Assembly: GCF_006345805.1 (NCBI RefSeq)
Contig: NC_042998.1
Location: 86,056,001-86,120,000, forward strand
Direction of reading: 5' to 3'
From: Octopus sinensis
Taxonomy: Eukaryota
DNA: 64,000 bases
Part shown: positions 39,644 through 51,736 of the stretch, piece after piece
How positions within the stretch are numbered: the first letter of the stretch is position 1
Layout: the number at the start of each line of letters is the position of its first letter
Position numbers and translations under genes: made by a program
The notes under the pieces: model-generated
Databases searched by the model: none
Seen by the model: only the letters and a program-made list of their open reading frames with translations
What the model was told of the DNA's origin: nothing

Positions 39644-40860
39644 GTCATAGTAAGTAACTAGATGACCCTGCTCAGTCTGTAGAAAAGGTGTAGGTAGAAA
39701 CTTCATAAGATGTACCCAGTGTAAGGTTTGGACACAAAAGGTGCAGCAACACCAGAGGAAGGTTAACAGGGAAACTAACTTTTGTGTGTGCAAGGTGCAC
39801 AGGTACAATAAATGCTGCAAATGTGCAGAAAATAGACTGCCAGGGGGACAAGCTAGAGATAGTAGATAGCTTCTGTTATCTAAGTGACCAAGTTAGTAGT
39901 GGAGGTGGATGTTCTGAAAACATAGCTGTGAGAATAAGATTAGGCTGGGCAATGTTTAGAGAGCTCCTACTCCTGCTGGCAACAAAGGGCCTCTCTCTCA
40001 GATTGAAAGGCAGATTGTTTGATAACTGTGTGCAAACAGCTATGCTGCATGGCAGTGAAACATAGGCTATGACAGCCGATTACATGCATAGACTTGAAAG
40101 AAATGAAGCCACTATGCTTCACTGGGTGTGCAACATCAGTGTGCATGTTCAACAGAGTGTACGCATTTTGAGAGAAAAGTTAGGCACAAGAGGAATCAGA
40201 TGTGGTGTGCAAGAGAGATGACTGTGCTGGTATGGTCATGTGATACCTATGGACGAGGACAGCTGAGTAAAGAAGTGCTGGTCTCTAATTGTGGAAGAAA
40301 CCTGTGTTATAGGTAGACCCAGGAAGACATGGGATGAGATGGTGAAGCATGATCTTTGAACTTTGAGCTTCACAGAGGCAATGTCTGGTGACGGAGAACT
40401 TTGGTAATGTGCTGTGCTTGAGAGGACCTGTCAAACCAAGTGCATCCATGCTGGTGGTATGTAAAGGACATCTTTTGAACATTGGGCCTCACAGAGGCAA
40501 AGTGACTGAGTTCCTTTCAAGTGTTGGGCTGCATGGTGGCAAAGTAGCCAAGTTCCTTTTGAGTGTTGGGCCTCATGGAGGCAATGATCAAGACCTTTGG
40601 CATTATGTAATGCTTGAGAAGACCCATCAAGCCAGGCAAAATTGTTGTCGTGTCAAACAAATTGGCACGTAAATGCACCCCAGCATCATGCAAATGACCT
40701 GTGCTGGTGGTATGTAAAAGCACCCATTACACTCAGAGTGGTTGGTGTTAGGAAGGGCATCTGGCTGTAGAAAACCATGCCAAATCAGACTGGAGTCTGG
40801 TGTAGCCTTCCAACGTATTACAGCATGGACAATGGACATTAAATGATGATGATGATATAT
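39640..40860 (+). mobile_element. RTE LINE 3' fragment with SINE-like tail
   Basis: KLEIVDSFCYLSDQVSSGGGC and MLHGSET; ends in a (gat)n tail at about 40845. Confidence 0.8.
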
Positions 40861-41090
40861 ATATATTTAAATCAACTTATACACATTATTTTTTAGTATC
40901 CATTGTTCCATACTGGCCTATTGCACAGCTTATCATATCACCATTCATTTTAGTTTCCTTTGTTTCCTCACCTGGGATGTGCAACGTACTAAAAGGAATG
41001 TTAGGGAAATAGAAATGTAATAGCGTGTACCTAAATTATATTCTACAATGAATTGAAGATAGAATGAAATAATTTTAAACTTAATTTCAG

Positions 41091-41207
41091 GATGGAAAGT
41101 TTACAACAAATGCTTCTGTATGGATCCAAGTTGAGGATGTTCAAGATATGCCACCAGCATTTACAAGTTCCGGCTTTGTTGAAAAAATCAAGGAAAATTC
41201 AAACAAG
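41091..41207 (+). CDS. Cadherin module copy A exon, EC2/EC3 linker (DGKFTTNASVWIQVEDVQDMPPAFTSSGFVEKIKENSNK)
   Basis: ttaatttcag acceptor, AAG|gtaata donor, 117 nt, phase 0/0. Contains the DVQDxPPxF linker and the EN motif. Confidence 0.93.
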
Positions 41208-41594
41208 GTAATACATTACATTTCCAGTTCAGTTTTTATTGTTAGTTTTGGTGAAAAATAATCACAAAAAATGTTTAAAAATTATATATGCATATTTAAT
41301 TGTTCTGTATGTATGTCTGCGTGTTTGTATATTATGTATACATGCCCACACCATCATTTGATCTTCACATTTCCATGATGAAATTTATGGAGGTAGATTT
41401 TTTTTTACAGCCAGATACTCTTCCTGATACCAACCTTCACCTGTTTCCAAGTGAGGTGATATTCCCTGTGGCCAGACATGTTTTTCTGTTGAAGATTGGA
41501 AACAACTACATGGCTTGTATGATGGTGTTGATCATTTACAATCTTCATGTGATGTCAGGACAAGGGTACACACATACACACACATGAAGATACG

Positions 41595-41640
<46 letters not shown>

Positions 41641-41643
41641 ATG

Positions 41644-42385
41644 TATTCAATACACATAAAGGGCGAAATATAATTAATTTAATAAAATTAATAAATTTCA
41701 CCTAGTAGTTTTTTCGGTATGGAAATGACCATATTTGGTAAGGATTATATTAATTATAATAAAGGGTTAATTGCAACAAGTTGCTCAAAACCACATACTG
41801 AAAATATTAGAAATAGTAGCCAAATAGGTCACTATTTCTACTACTAGTAAAAAAGTCTCCACAAACAAACAGAATTTGTAACCCGTATATGGTTATTAAA
41901 TTAATTATATTTCACCCTTTATGTGTATTGAATACTATTACTCCCATACAATGAATCTGCGAAACTTCATTTCGTTGGTAAAGTTTTTGTAACTCACGTG
42001 GTAATTTTGAAAGGAGATACGAATTCGCCTGTCTATATAAATGTGGAGATGCTAGCGGACTGTTATATCGTTCGATGTCACCTGTTCGAGTTGATGTAAT
42101 GGGTGAGTTATTTTTCTAGCATTTCTAGATTTATAGGAAATATTATGTTGACAAGGAAATGAACTTTCGATTCTAATCCAGAAACGAATTCGTCCATAAT
42201 TAATCCAATAGGCTGGGATTTCGTTGTCTTCTTTCTCTTTACCATATATGGGTTACAAATTCTGTTTGTTTGTGGAGACTTTTTTACTAGTAGTAGAAAT
42301 AGTGACCTATTTGGCTGCTATTTCTAATATTTTCGGTATGTGGTTTTGAGCAACTTGTTGCAATTAACCCTTCATTATAATTAAT
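41644..42385. mobile_element. Unclassified 742-bp element with two interleaved inverted-repeat pairs
   Basis: A 41644-41684 pairs with A' 41894-41934 (1 mismatch); B 41749-41893 pairs with B' 42241-42385 (4 mismatches). Flanked by (TATG)n. Confidence 0.75.
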
Positions 42386-42878
42386 ATGTATGTATGTATA
42401 ATGGTCTTTTTTCAGCTTCTATCTACCAAATCCACTCATAAGGCTTTGGTCAGACTTTGGCTACTGTAAAATAATTTGCTGATCACGAAGGAAACTAAGT
42501 GTACAAGCTACATACAAAGATGCTTTGCATGGGGCCATTGTGAGGAATGCATGCACCAAATTCCAGAGCCTTCTTGAGGCATTGGTAGAAGTTGAGAGTG
42601 GCTACTTTGAATACCGATAATCTAATATTTTTTGATGTTTTAAAATAGTTTATTTTTTGATGTTTTAAAATAATTTATCTTTTGATTGGATACTGTGTTT
42701 TCTTTACTTTTTCCCTCACTGACTTCACCACAGTTTCTATGCCTCTCAAATGCCCTTATCTTCCTCACTCTCTGACCTACCTGCATGGCCCATTCACACC
42801 TCTCTTGCCTTCAATGACTCTGGATTTCTCTATCTTTGTGACTTCTTTCTGTTCTATATTTTAAAGATGAGGTATTCT

Positions 42879-44122
42879 GTACATTATTTACATTATTGGA
42901 TGGATGTGTCTTCATCTTGTTTGTTGTTATCACAATGTTTTGGCTGATTTACTCTCCAGCCTGGTGTAATTTTGTCTGTTGTCCTGGTGGAATTTTGAAC
43001 CCAACCCTGGTATTTTCTGCTGGTGTTATTATTATTTATTCAAGGCACTGCCTGGAATTGAACTTGGAATCTTGGAGTTAGTAGCCAATGCTCTTAACTA
43101 TTTTGCTATATGCCCGTGGGCAATTACAGAGTAAATTTTAGGGCTTATAAACTTAATATTTTCCTATCCTTCTTTAATACCAATATCCATATTCTACTCA
43201 TATCTGCACTAGGTTTGCTTAGGAGGTTATTGTGTCCTAGCATATGTGCTGCTTCTTTTAGGAAGAGGAGAGAGGATGAAACCTATAAACTGACCACAGT
43301 CTGTCTCCCCTGTGTGAAAGACCTCTCGGAAAAGATACAAAAGATATGTGGTTCATATGACATTAGGACAGTATTCAAAAGTTTAATAAAACACTTAGCA
43401 AATATCTCTTTTGAGTAAAACCACCAATAGAAAAGAATATGACCAAAGATTGTGTGTACTCCATCCCATGCAGTTGTGGTCGGTTATACAAAAGCAAAAC
43501 ATATCGCCCACTCAAAATAAGAGTAGAGGAACATTGTAAAGCTGTGACATGAGGAGATGTTGAAAAATAAAAGAAGCAGCACATATGCTAGGACACAATA
43601 ACTTCCTAAGAAGCAGCACATATGCTAGGGCTCAATAACTTCCTAAGAAGCAGCACATATGCTAGGACACAATAACCTCCTAAGCATACCTAGTGCAGAT
43701 ATGATCATGTATGGAGAAACGGAGACCACCTTCACCTGTGGGATGAAGTTAAAATAATAGACAGAGAACACCACTGGAAAATATGAAAACTAAAAGAAGC
43801 AGCATATATACTAGGACACAATAACCTCCTAAGCAGACTTAGTGCAGATACGAGTAGAATATGGGTACCAGTATTAAGGAAGGATAGGAAAATATTAGAT
43901 TTATAAGCCCATATAGTGAAATAGTTAAGACTAACCCCAATATTCCAAGTTCAATTCCAAGCAGTGCCTTGAATAAATAATAATAACACCAGCAAAAAAT
44001 TCCAGGGTTGGGTTCAAAATACCACCAGGACACCCGATGAAGGCAGGAGAGTAAATCAGCCGAAACATTGTGGTAACAACAAACAAGATGAGGACACATC
44101 CGTCCAATGTAAATAATGTACT
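42879..44122 (+). mobile_element. Penelope-like element: GIY-YIG endonuclease remnant between inverted pseudo-LTRs
   Basis: LPCVKDLSEKI...CVYSIPCSCGRLY...LKIRVEEH...KLKEAAYI. About 42879-43262 is the reverse complement of about 43790-44122. Confidence 0.82.
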
Positions 44123-44790
44123 TCTTTCTCGTCCCCTGTCCCGCACACATGTTCATTGCTCTAGACCCCAACCCATTACATAAAGTTGGAAAAGGCTATG
44201 ATACATGAAATAGTCACTCATTTTCCCATAGCACAGGAATATTTCAAAATGTTCTCTCTCTATGCACTTGCAGAGGAAAACACAAGCACATTACCATTGA
44301 TTTGAATGAAACTTACATCAATGAAAATATCCTTTACTTCCCTCTTTTTAAAGCCTAGGATCTTTATTTCTATTGAAAAGAAACCCATATATATTGCTAA
44401 TGATGCTTTTTTGGTTTAGCCTATAGTCATCCCCAGTTCAACAGACCAATGAGTAAAGCCATGGCCATTCCATCATAACTTCAGAAGTAGTATAACTTGG
44501 ACTAGTTTATCTAATGTGTCCTTCCATTTTTTTTTGTAAGATGTTAGTATGAAACTCGAAGGTGATTTGGTTGCTCTTTCTTGCAGACCAAATGACAGGG
44601 TTGAGTATCTCTTTTTTGCTTATCTATTGCCTTGGTTTTAGGAAAGGCATCAGTTTAACAAGTTTTGATTTTTTTGTTTGTAACATTTTACATTTTCACA
44701 AAAACTCAGAGGAAACCATTATTATAACCTTTTAATACATTTTGAAATTGTTTTTGTTCTTTAATCACTTCAGTTATTTTCATTTCACAG

Positions 44791-44869
44791 GGAACTCTCA
44801 TCACTACAGTGACAGCTGAAGATCAAGACAGAGGCATACCGAATGATATTGGTTATGAAATTATTAAAG
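44791..44869 (+). CDS. Cadherin module copy A, last visible exon, start of EC3 (GTLITTVTAEDQDRGIPNDIGYEIIK+G)
   Basis: ttttcatttcacag acceptor, AAAG|gtataa donor, 79 nt, phase 0/1. Contains the AxDxDxG and Y-x-I motifs. Confidence 0.9.
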
Positions 44870-45260
44870 GTATAATTTCTAAGATTTATTCTCTAAATCT
44901 TGAAATAAAACAAAAATGCAATACTGTGCTGTATTTATTCAAAGTATTTAGTATATATGTACATATATGTATCCATGTGCCTACATGCATACCAGAATAT
45001 ATATATATATATTTAAAGAGATGATGAGCGATTGCTAGAAGAATATTGAGCTTTATTTGATAATCAGTTGGTCTAGCAAGCAGGGCCTCATATTAGTGAG
45101 TGGGGCCTGTGCACGTTGATGCTGTCGAGAGGTAGGCCCCCAAATGGCATGCATTCTCTCTTGATGACCCCATACACTTGCTGCCTTCTGGTATGCAGAG
45201 TTCTCGACTGGTAGCACTTGCATGTGTATGTTGTTTGCAAGACATATATATGTATGTATG

Positions 45261-45289
<29 letters not shown>

Positions 45290-45293
<4 letters not shown>

Positions 45294-45550
45294 GACGCAC
45301 ATAAAAAACACCATTTGAGTGTGGCCATTGCCAGTACCGCCTGACCGGCCCTCGTGCCAGTGGCACATAAAAGCACCCACTACACTCTCGGAGTGGTTGG
45401 TGTTAGGAAGGGCATCCAGCTGTAGAAACTCTGCCAGATCATGATTGGACCCTGGTGCAGCCATGTGGTTCGCCAGTCCTCAGTCAAATCGTCCAACCCC
45501 TGCTAGCATGGAAAGCGGACGCTAAACGATGATGATAATGATGATGATGA
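45290..45550 (+). mobile_element. SINE-like element
   Basis: Same family as 1085-1449, with a (gat)n tail. Confidence 0.85.
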
Positions 45551-46148
45551 TATATATATATATATATATCAATTTAATAAAGTTACAACATGGTCTGGTT
45601 TTCATGTTTTTTATTATTGTATTTTTAAAATGTTCTTTTTACAATGTTGTAGTGTGTTAAGCATTAAAAAAATATTTTGTAATGTTCATAAAGTCAAATT
45701 AGTGCTTCTATATTTTGAGTTGAGTGCTTGATAATTGTAGTAAAATGACTGGCTTCTTGCTTTTTATACCTTCTAGAAGGCTCCAACAAGCTGAATTTTT
45801 GGAATATGGTTTTGACCAATCAGCATGCCACTTAAATGTCATGGTATGCCAGGCACACCGATATTACTAGCATAGATCCCACTTTTATTTTAAACAATTA
45901 GCTTGTGGTTTACATGTAATGGCTTCACAAGTGAGCAAACCTAGCTGATTTTGATTGTTTTTATATAAGTTGGTGGGAGTCTTCTGTAATTTGTTTATAT
46001 TTATATGTTAAAGATATTTTTTAATCCACATCACTAACTGGTTGTTATTATTGAAGTCTTTATTATTTTTTTTATCTTCTGCTGGTCTTAAACTATAAAA
46101 AGTTCTACATATCTAAATTAAAAATAATTTTAAAAAATTGATCAAATA

Positions 46149-46289
46149 TTAGGTTGTCCCAAAAGTTCGTAAATACTTGCGAAAATTGAATTTTTACTCG
46201 CCAAGTACTAACAAAAACAACAAAAATTATTCCTCAAAATAAAGACCATTATTTTCCAAGACTTTCTACGAACTTTTGGGACAACCTTA
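46149..46289. mobile_element. Mariner-type MITE, 141 bp
   Basis: Perfect 21-bp inverted repeat aggttgtcccaaaagttcgta (46151-46171 / 46267-46287) with a TA target duplication. Confidence 0.85.
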
Positions 46290-46481
46290 TAGAAATTGAA
46301 TCAAACTTTCTGTTTGTTACTTGTGTTTATGGTACATTTACTTTTCAGCAAGCTAAATAGTTTATTATAGATTTGATCATAAAAGAATTATACTACTTTA
46401 TATTTCTATTTCATTGTTTCAACCAATGCTTCATATGCCATACCAGATACTTCAATATGAATATTTCTTTTGTTATGTCAG

Positions 46482-46535
46482 CTACCACCAGTGATTTGCC
46501 TCAACAAATAGAAGTAAAGGAAAATCAAAACGCTG
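46482..46535 (+). CDS. Cadherin module copy B, first visible exon, start of EC1 (x-TTSDLPQQIEVKENQNA-G)
   Basis: tttcttttgttatgtcag acceptor, GCTG|gtaagg donor, 54 nt, phase 1/1. The V-x-EN-xxx-G motif joins in frame to 49118. Confidence 0.8.
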
Positions 46536-46662
46536 GTAAGGAAATTTTTGTTTAATAGATCAAGTTAATTTTGCATCTTTTAAAAACACGATATAAATTT
46601 ATTTCATAGGAAAACATCTAGAAAAGAGAGATAAGAATGATTAACTTCAGCTACACTATTAC

Positions 46663-46705
<43 letters not shown>

Positions 46706-49117
46706 GAGGAAACATCAAGGAATATGTAAGTCTTCTATATGAGATGTGTCTTGAATACCAACCCAGCTATAAATACTAAATACTGTCTCATAATACACCA
46801 GATTAACAAGGCAGAAAGCTACCTGCAAGACAGTCATGATACCAATTCACTAGAATAACTCTCTGACTTTAATCCATCCAAATCAGTTGCTTTTATCTAA
46901 TAAGTGAGAAACCAAGTTTGTTTACATTCAGAATGTAAATATGGAAGCATTGAGAATTATGTAAACAAGTCTTCTATCAATAATGTATCTCAAATGCCAC
47001 TTCACCCATAAATGATAGCTCATAATACATAAATGTGTGACATTGTATATGGCTAAATCAAAACTTACTACAAGCCTGTTGCAACATCCAAATAGTTTCC
47101 GTAAGAGATTTTTAAATAGAACTTCACACAGATATATTGCTTTTTCAATCCTTCATTATTCAATTTAGGCAAACTGTGAAATGCACAGAAACAGACAATC
47201 ATTCTAGCATGTGTAGATTAATGACTAACTGATGTGACTATATCAGATTTAAAGTCAAGGTCATTCATGCATGACATGATAAGTATGATGTTTAAAAATT
47301 TGGGTTTACCCTTATCATCATCATTGTCGTCGTCATCATCATCATCTTTTTCATGCTCCCATGGATTGGATGATAACCTCTCACCCTTCAGCACTTGCCA
47401 TGACCCTTCACTTGCCAGGATACATGTACCAGAAGGGAAAGCTATCATGGGCTAATTTTTATTGTAGAAGTGAATGGGTGCATTCTTATTGCACTGCCAG
47501 CATTATAGGGATTTTCAGCCAGGACTACAGAATTCTCTCTATCCTATATCTGATGTTAGTCAAAGTTACTGCTCACCTTGGTAGGTTGACTTCACTGTCA
47601 CTTGTGGAGATCACATATTCATTTCCTTTTATGTTTTTGACATGGTTTTTATGATCAAATGCCTTCCCACTGCCATCTATTTGACAGCATTGGTTGGGTG
47701 CATTTTATTATGCTACCAGTACCAGGGCATTTATCTACCAATACTAAAGAGTCCCTCATCACACACACAAACATGTACATATGTATGTCTCTATAAAGAT
47801 ATGATACTGGATTATTTATTCATAAATCTTGAGTTCAGTGCAACAAAGAGCATTTCATTATTTATTTGGACACTAAGTTTTAAATAATAGACTCTACATA
47901 TCTCAGTTCAACATCAAGATTATCTGTTTGATTATCTGATAATCTTAACTGCAATATACTATAGTCCTTCAAAGGGAAAATTTATTTCTTGTCTGCTAAT
48001 GCCATAAAATCTGAAGCCTATTTTCAGTCATGTAGAAACAATATACCCATACACAAAAGGGAAAATAAACTACACAAACAAGTTCATACAATATTCATCA
48101 GAAAGACCACAAATTTTAGCCAGATGACAGTAGTTGAAGCAGTCTTTATACCAAATATCAAACCAGTTGCACAATAGAAAAGTATCAAATGAGGCATGGT
48201 AGTTGAATATTTTTCATCTACATCTGTCACATGCATAACTTGTTTTTTTTAATGTCAACTGAAATGAAGGTTGTTGAAAATCAGTCATAATAATATTCGA
48301 AACAAAAGGCTTTAAATGTCTATGAGTTGTACTAGAATCAATAGCACAATAAACTGAAACCTTCAAAAATGACTAAAGCAGAACGAAAATACTCAGTGTA
48401 CACATTGTGATCTTGGCTCAGTGTAATTCAGAAAACATTATTTTTTGGTAATTTAAGAAATGACTTATAAAAATGCAGTTAGCCAAAATACATGCTAATG
48501 TTTTTATGTTTTTGATTCATAGTACTCAAAATAGTTTATAATCTTTAATCAATTAGAGAAGCACAGTGACTGTGCTGTGGGGTTAACATCCTGGACTAAT
48601 GACTGCTTGTATATGATTTCAAAATCTTCCTACCAGAACCATTTTCTTATTTCCTTAAACATTTGCCTGTCTTATGAATCACATGACAAACACAGGACAT
48701 ATTTTTCCTATAGCCCATACATCATATTTTATACATATCCCCAATTTTTTCATTCACTAGAGTAGCTTGGGACTTTGGAAAAGAGTGTTTTATATTACTC
48801 AGAATATATGAAGCAGAGATTAGCTAAAAGTCTGAAAACAATCGTAGACATTTAGGACAAACTTATGCAAATGCTTTTGACAGGTAAAGGGTTAAGCAAG
48901 GCACAAAGTGTGTCTTGTTCCAGTTTGCTTGACTGGTAAAATCATTCTAGTAAGGGCATCCAGTTACAAAAAGAAATGTTTTCAATAAATGCCATCTTAT
49001 CTTTTCTAGTATGCAAAAATTGATTATAAAACAGTAAAAATGAAAGAAAAACAAAATGCTGAGTATACCATGAATTTAATGCTATCATTTTTACTCATAG
49101 TAAATTTTCTTTTTCAG

Positions 49118-49290
49118 GCACTGTTGTTGTAACTGTTGAAGTGACTGGAAACAATTTCCCTAAATTAATTTTAGTGGGAGATATACTGAACTATTTAAAA
49201 GTAGTAGATAATCCTTCTTGTACTAATACTGCATCATGTAACAAGTTTGATTTGGTTACCATAAAAAAAATTGACAGAGAAGAAGTTCCG
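49118..49290 (+). CDS. Cadherin module copy B exon, EC1 (GTVVVTVEVTGNNFPKLILVGDILNYLKVVDNPSCTNTASCNKFDLVTIKKIDREEVP)
   Basis: ttttctttttcag acceptor, CCG|gtatgt donor, 173 nt, phase 1/0. Contains the GTVV and IDRE motifs. Confidence 0.9.
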
Positions 49291-51703
49291 GTATGTACAA
49301 AACTTCTTGAAATAATTTCCACATGCTGACATTAATAAATAATGAAAATAAAATAAAATGAATAAAAAACAAAACAGCATTGTTGATAAGGGCATTTTCA
49401 TTTATCTTTATTTATAAAACTTGTAGTCACTCAGTTGAAAATGGGATGAGACATAAAATGATAAAAAGTTCATTGGTTAATTGAGAATATAGGCCCATTT
49501 GAGAGCACACTGTCTGAGAGTGGTGGTAGACTAAAGTAAACACAGAAGGTTTTGCACTGGTGACTATAAATGAGATGGGGAGGAAAGAGAATTTTGTACA
49601 AAATTTAGTCATGTCGACTGAAAAGTGTCAGATATGAGAATTCTTGGATATTAGTATAGATTTTCTTGATAACAAATGAGAAATCTCAGGTGCAATTTCG
49701 AAAGTGCAATATCTTGCAGATTGTATGAAGTCACAAGTGAAAATCAAGTGTGAAGATTTCAGCTTTCCCTTGAATTGAGTTACAGTTTGAATAATTGCAG
49801 CAACAGCCTGGACCTTGCTAAAAGCATCTAAATATCCAGAAACTGGTTTAAAATCGAGCAGCATGTTATGTTTACTATTTCAAAAGTAGACTGTTTTTAT
49901 CATGATACCAGTGATAGAGAGGTTGTTTTGAAGGACTTGGAACATCCTCTTTCAGAGGAAGGTTCTTTTTCATTTTTGAGTAATGAAGCATCTAGGTGGT
50001 CTGCTTTATTGTAGAGATCATGTCTCTCTTGAGGTGAATCACTATTGTAGGAAGTATTAGGTTTACAGTATTTCCAGAGATATAGTGTAAAACAAAGTAA
50101 ACTAGAAGTGGATTTGAAAATGAACCAATATTTCCTCAAGGACCAATAAAATGAATCTTAACAAATAAAGTGTTGTATTAAAGAAAAGTGGTGTGAAAAT
50201 GCAAAAGTATATCGGTATAGTGTATCAGATGAAGCATCAATAGCTCAGAGTTAGCTTAAATTATTAAAAAGGGAAAAGGCAGTGAATATGATTTGATTGG
50301 TTAGAAAGAAATGGAAAATAGTTGATCAAGAGAAAGAAGCATGACAAAGACTGTAAAAATGATAAGAAACACAAAGTAGATATAATTTAACTGTAGTTCT
50401 GTAGTTGCAGGGTGTTGGTGAATAAAGCGTTATATATCATTGCCAGACAGCTGACTGGCTTCCATGCTGGTGGCATATGAAAAAACATTCGAGCGAGGTC
50501 GTTGCCTGTGCCACTGGACTGGCGCCTGTGCAGGTGGCACATAAAAAACACCATTTGAGCGTGGCCGTTGCCAGTACTGCCTGACTGGCCCTCATGCCGG
50601 TGGCACGTAAAAGCACCCACTACACTCCTAGAGTGATTGGCGTTAGGAAGGGCATCCAGCTGTAGAAACTCTGCCAGATCAGTTTGGAGCCTGGTGCAGC
50701 CATCTGGTTCGCCAGTCCTCAGTCAAATTGTCCAACACATGCTAGCATGGAAAGCAGACGTTAAATGATGATGATGATATATTCAGTATCTAGGCAGTGT
50801 GTAAGTTGCATTTATAGCTATACAGCCATGGTTTTTACCATCATACTTTCACTAAACAGTTGTTTAGTTCAGCAGTTTATTGTTTTAAATGAATTATTAG
50901 ATTCACTGCCTTCTATTTATTTTTTCCCTTTTTTTGAGATAAGCATTATGTAATACCTACTTTGAGTATCATTATGTATGATACTAGTTAATGTAGTGAA
51001 CTGGCAGAATCATTACTAGACCTAACAAAATGTTTGGCAGCCTTTCTTCCAGCCTCCAGATTCAAATTCAGCTGAAGTTGACTTTGTCTTTCGTCCTTTT
51101 ATCATTGATGAGATAATTACCAGTTGAGCATTGGGGTTGATGTAATCGGTTAGCCACCTTTCCCCTAAAATTTCAGGGCTTGTGTCTACAGTAGGAAGAA
51201 TTATGTATGATACTGGTATATGTATTATTTCTTTGTGGCTTTTATTGAGAATTTTGATTATATTTACAGAGGAGTTTTCATTTGTTTTACCCTTACTAAA
51301 GTAATGTTTGACAATTGCAAAAAGTATGGTTGGAAGATGAATAAAGTTAATGTTTTGTTGGAATATTTGAAAATGTGAGGCTGAGAAGATAAAAACAGGC
51401 AAAGAAGGGGTGCTTAAAGGAAGCATATCTGGGGAGGAAGGATTTCAAAAACTATTTTGTTTGAAGTATAGGGTAAGTTAAGTTGGATGAGGTACTTTTA
51501 GCCAACTTGGTGAGAATCAGAGAGTGTGATATTATTAACAATGACATAGAGAGAATATAACTTGATAATTGGGAGAAGAGTATTGTTGAATTAAGGTTTT
51601 GCTAATATTTTGCCTGTATCAGATATATGTACTGTTATTTATGTATTTATAATAAAACATTAATTTCTTGAATAGGAACATAATTCTTCGTATTATTTTG
51701 CAG

Positions 51704-51736
51704 AACGGATATGTTGGGTTTACTCCTGAGTTTACG
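51704..51736 (+). CDS. Cadherin module copy B, 33-nt microexon (NGYVGFTPEFT)
   Basis: ttttgcag acceptor and ACG|gtaaga donor. Paralog of 2375-2407. Confidence 0.8.

Noticed and set aside
45777-45843. Possible exon continuing EC3 after 44869 (ttctag acceptor)
   Set aside because: The phase-1 frame reads EGSNKLNFWNMVLTNQHAT-stop with no cadherin motif, and the open frame has the wrong phase. Use as a terminal exon cannot be excluded without RNA data.
46373-46481. Upstream extension of the 46482 exon as a signal peptide (IIKELYYFIFLFHCF...)
   Set aside because: The ORF starts at TTG, the composition is that of AT-rich intron, and a good acceptor sits at 46481.
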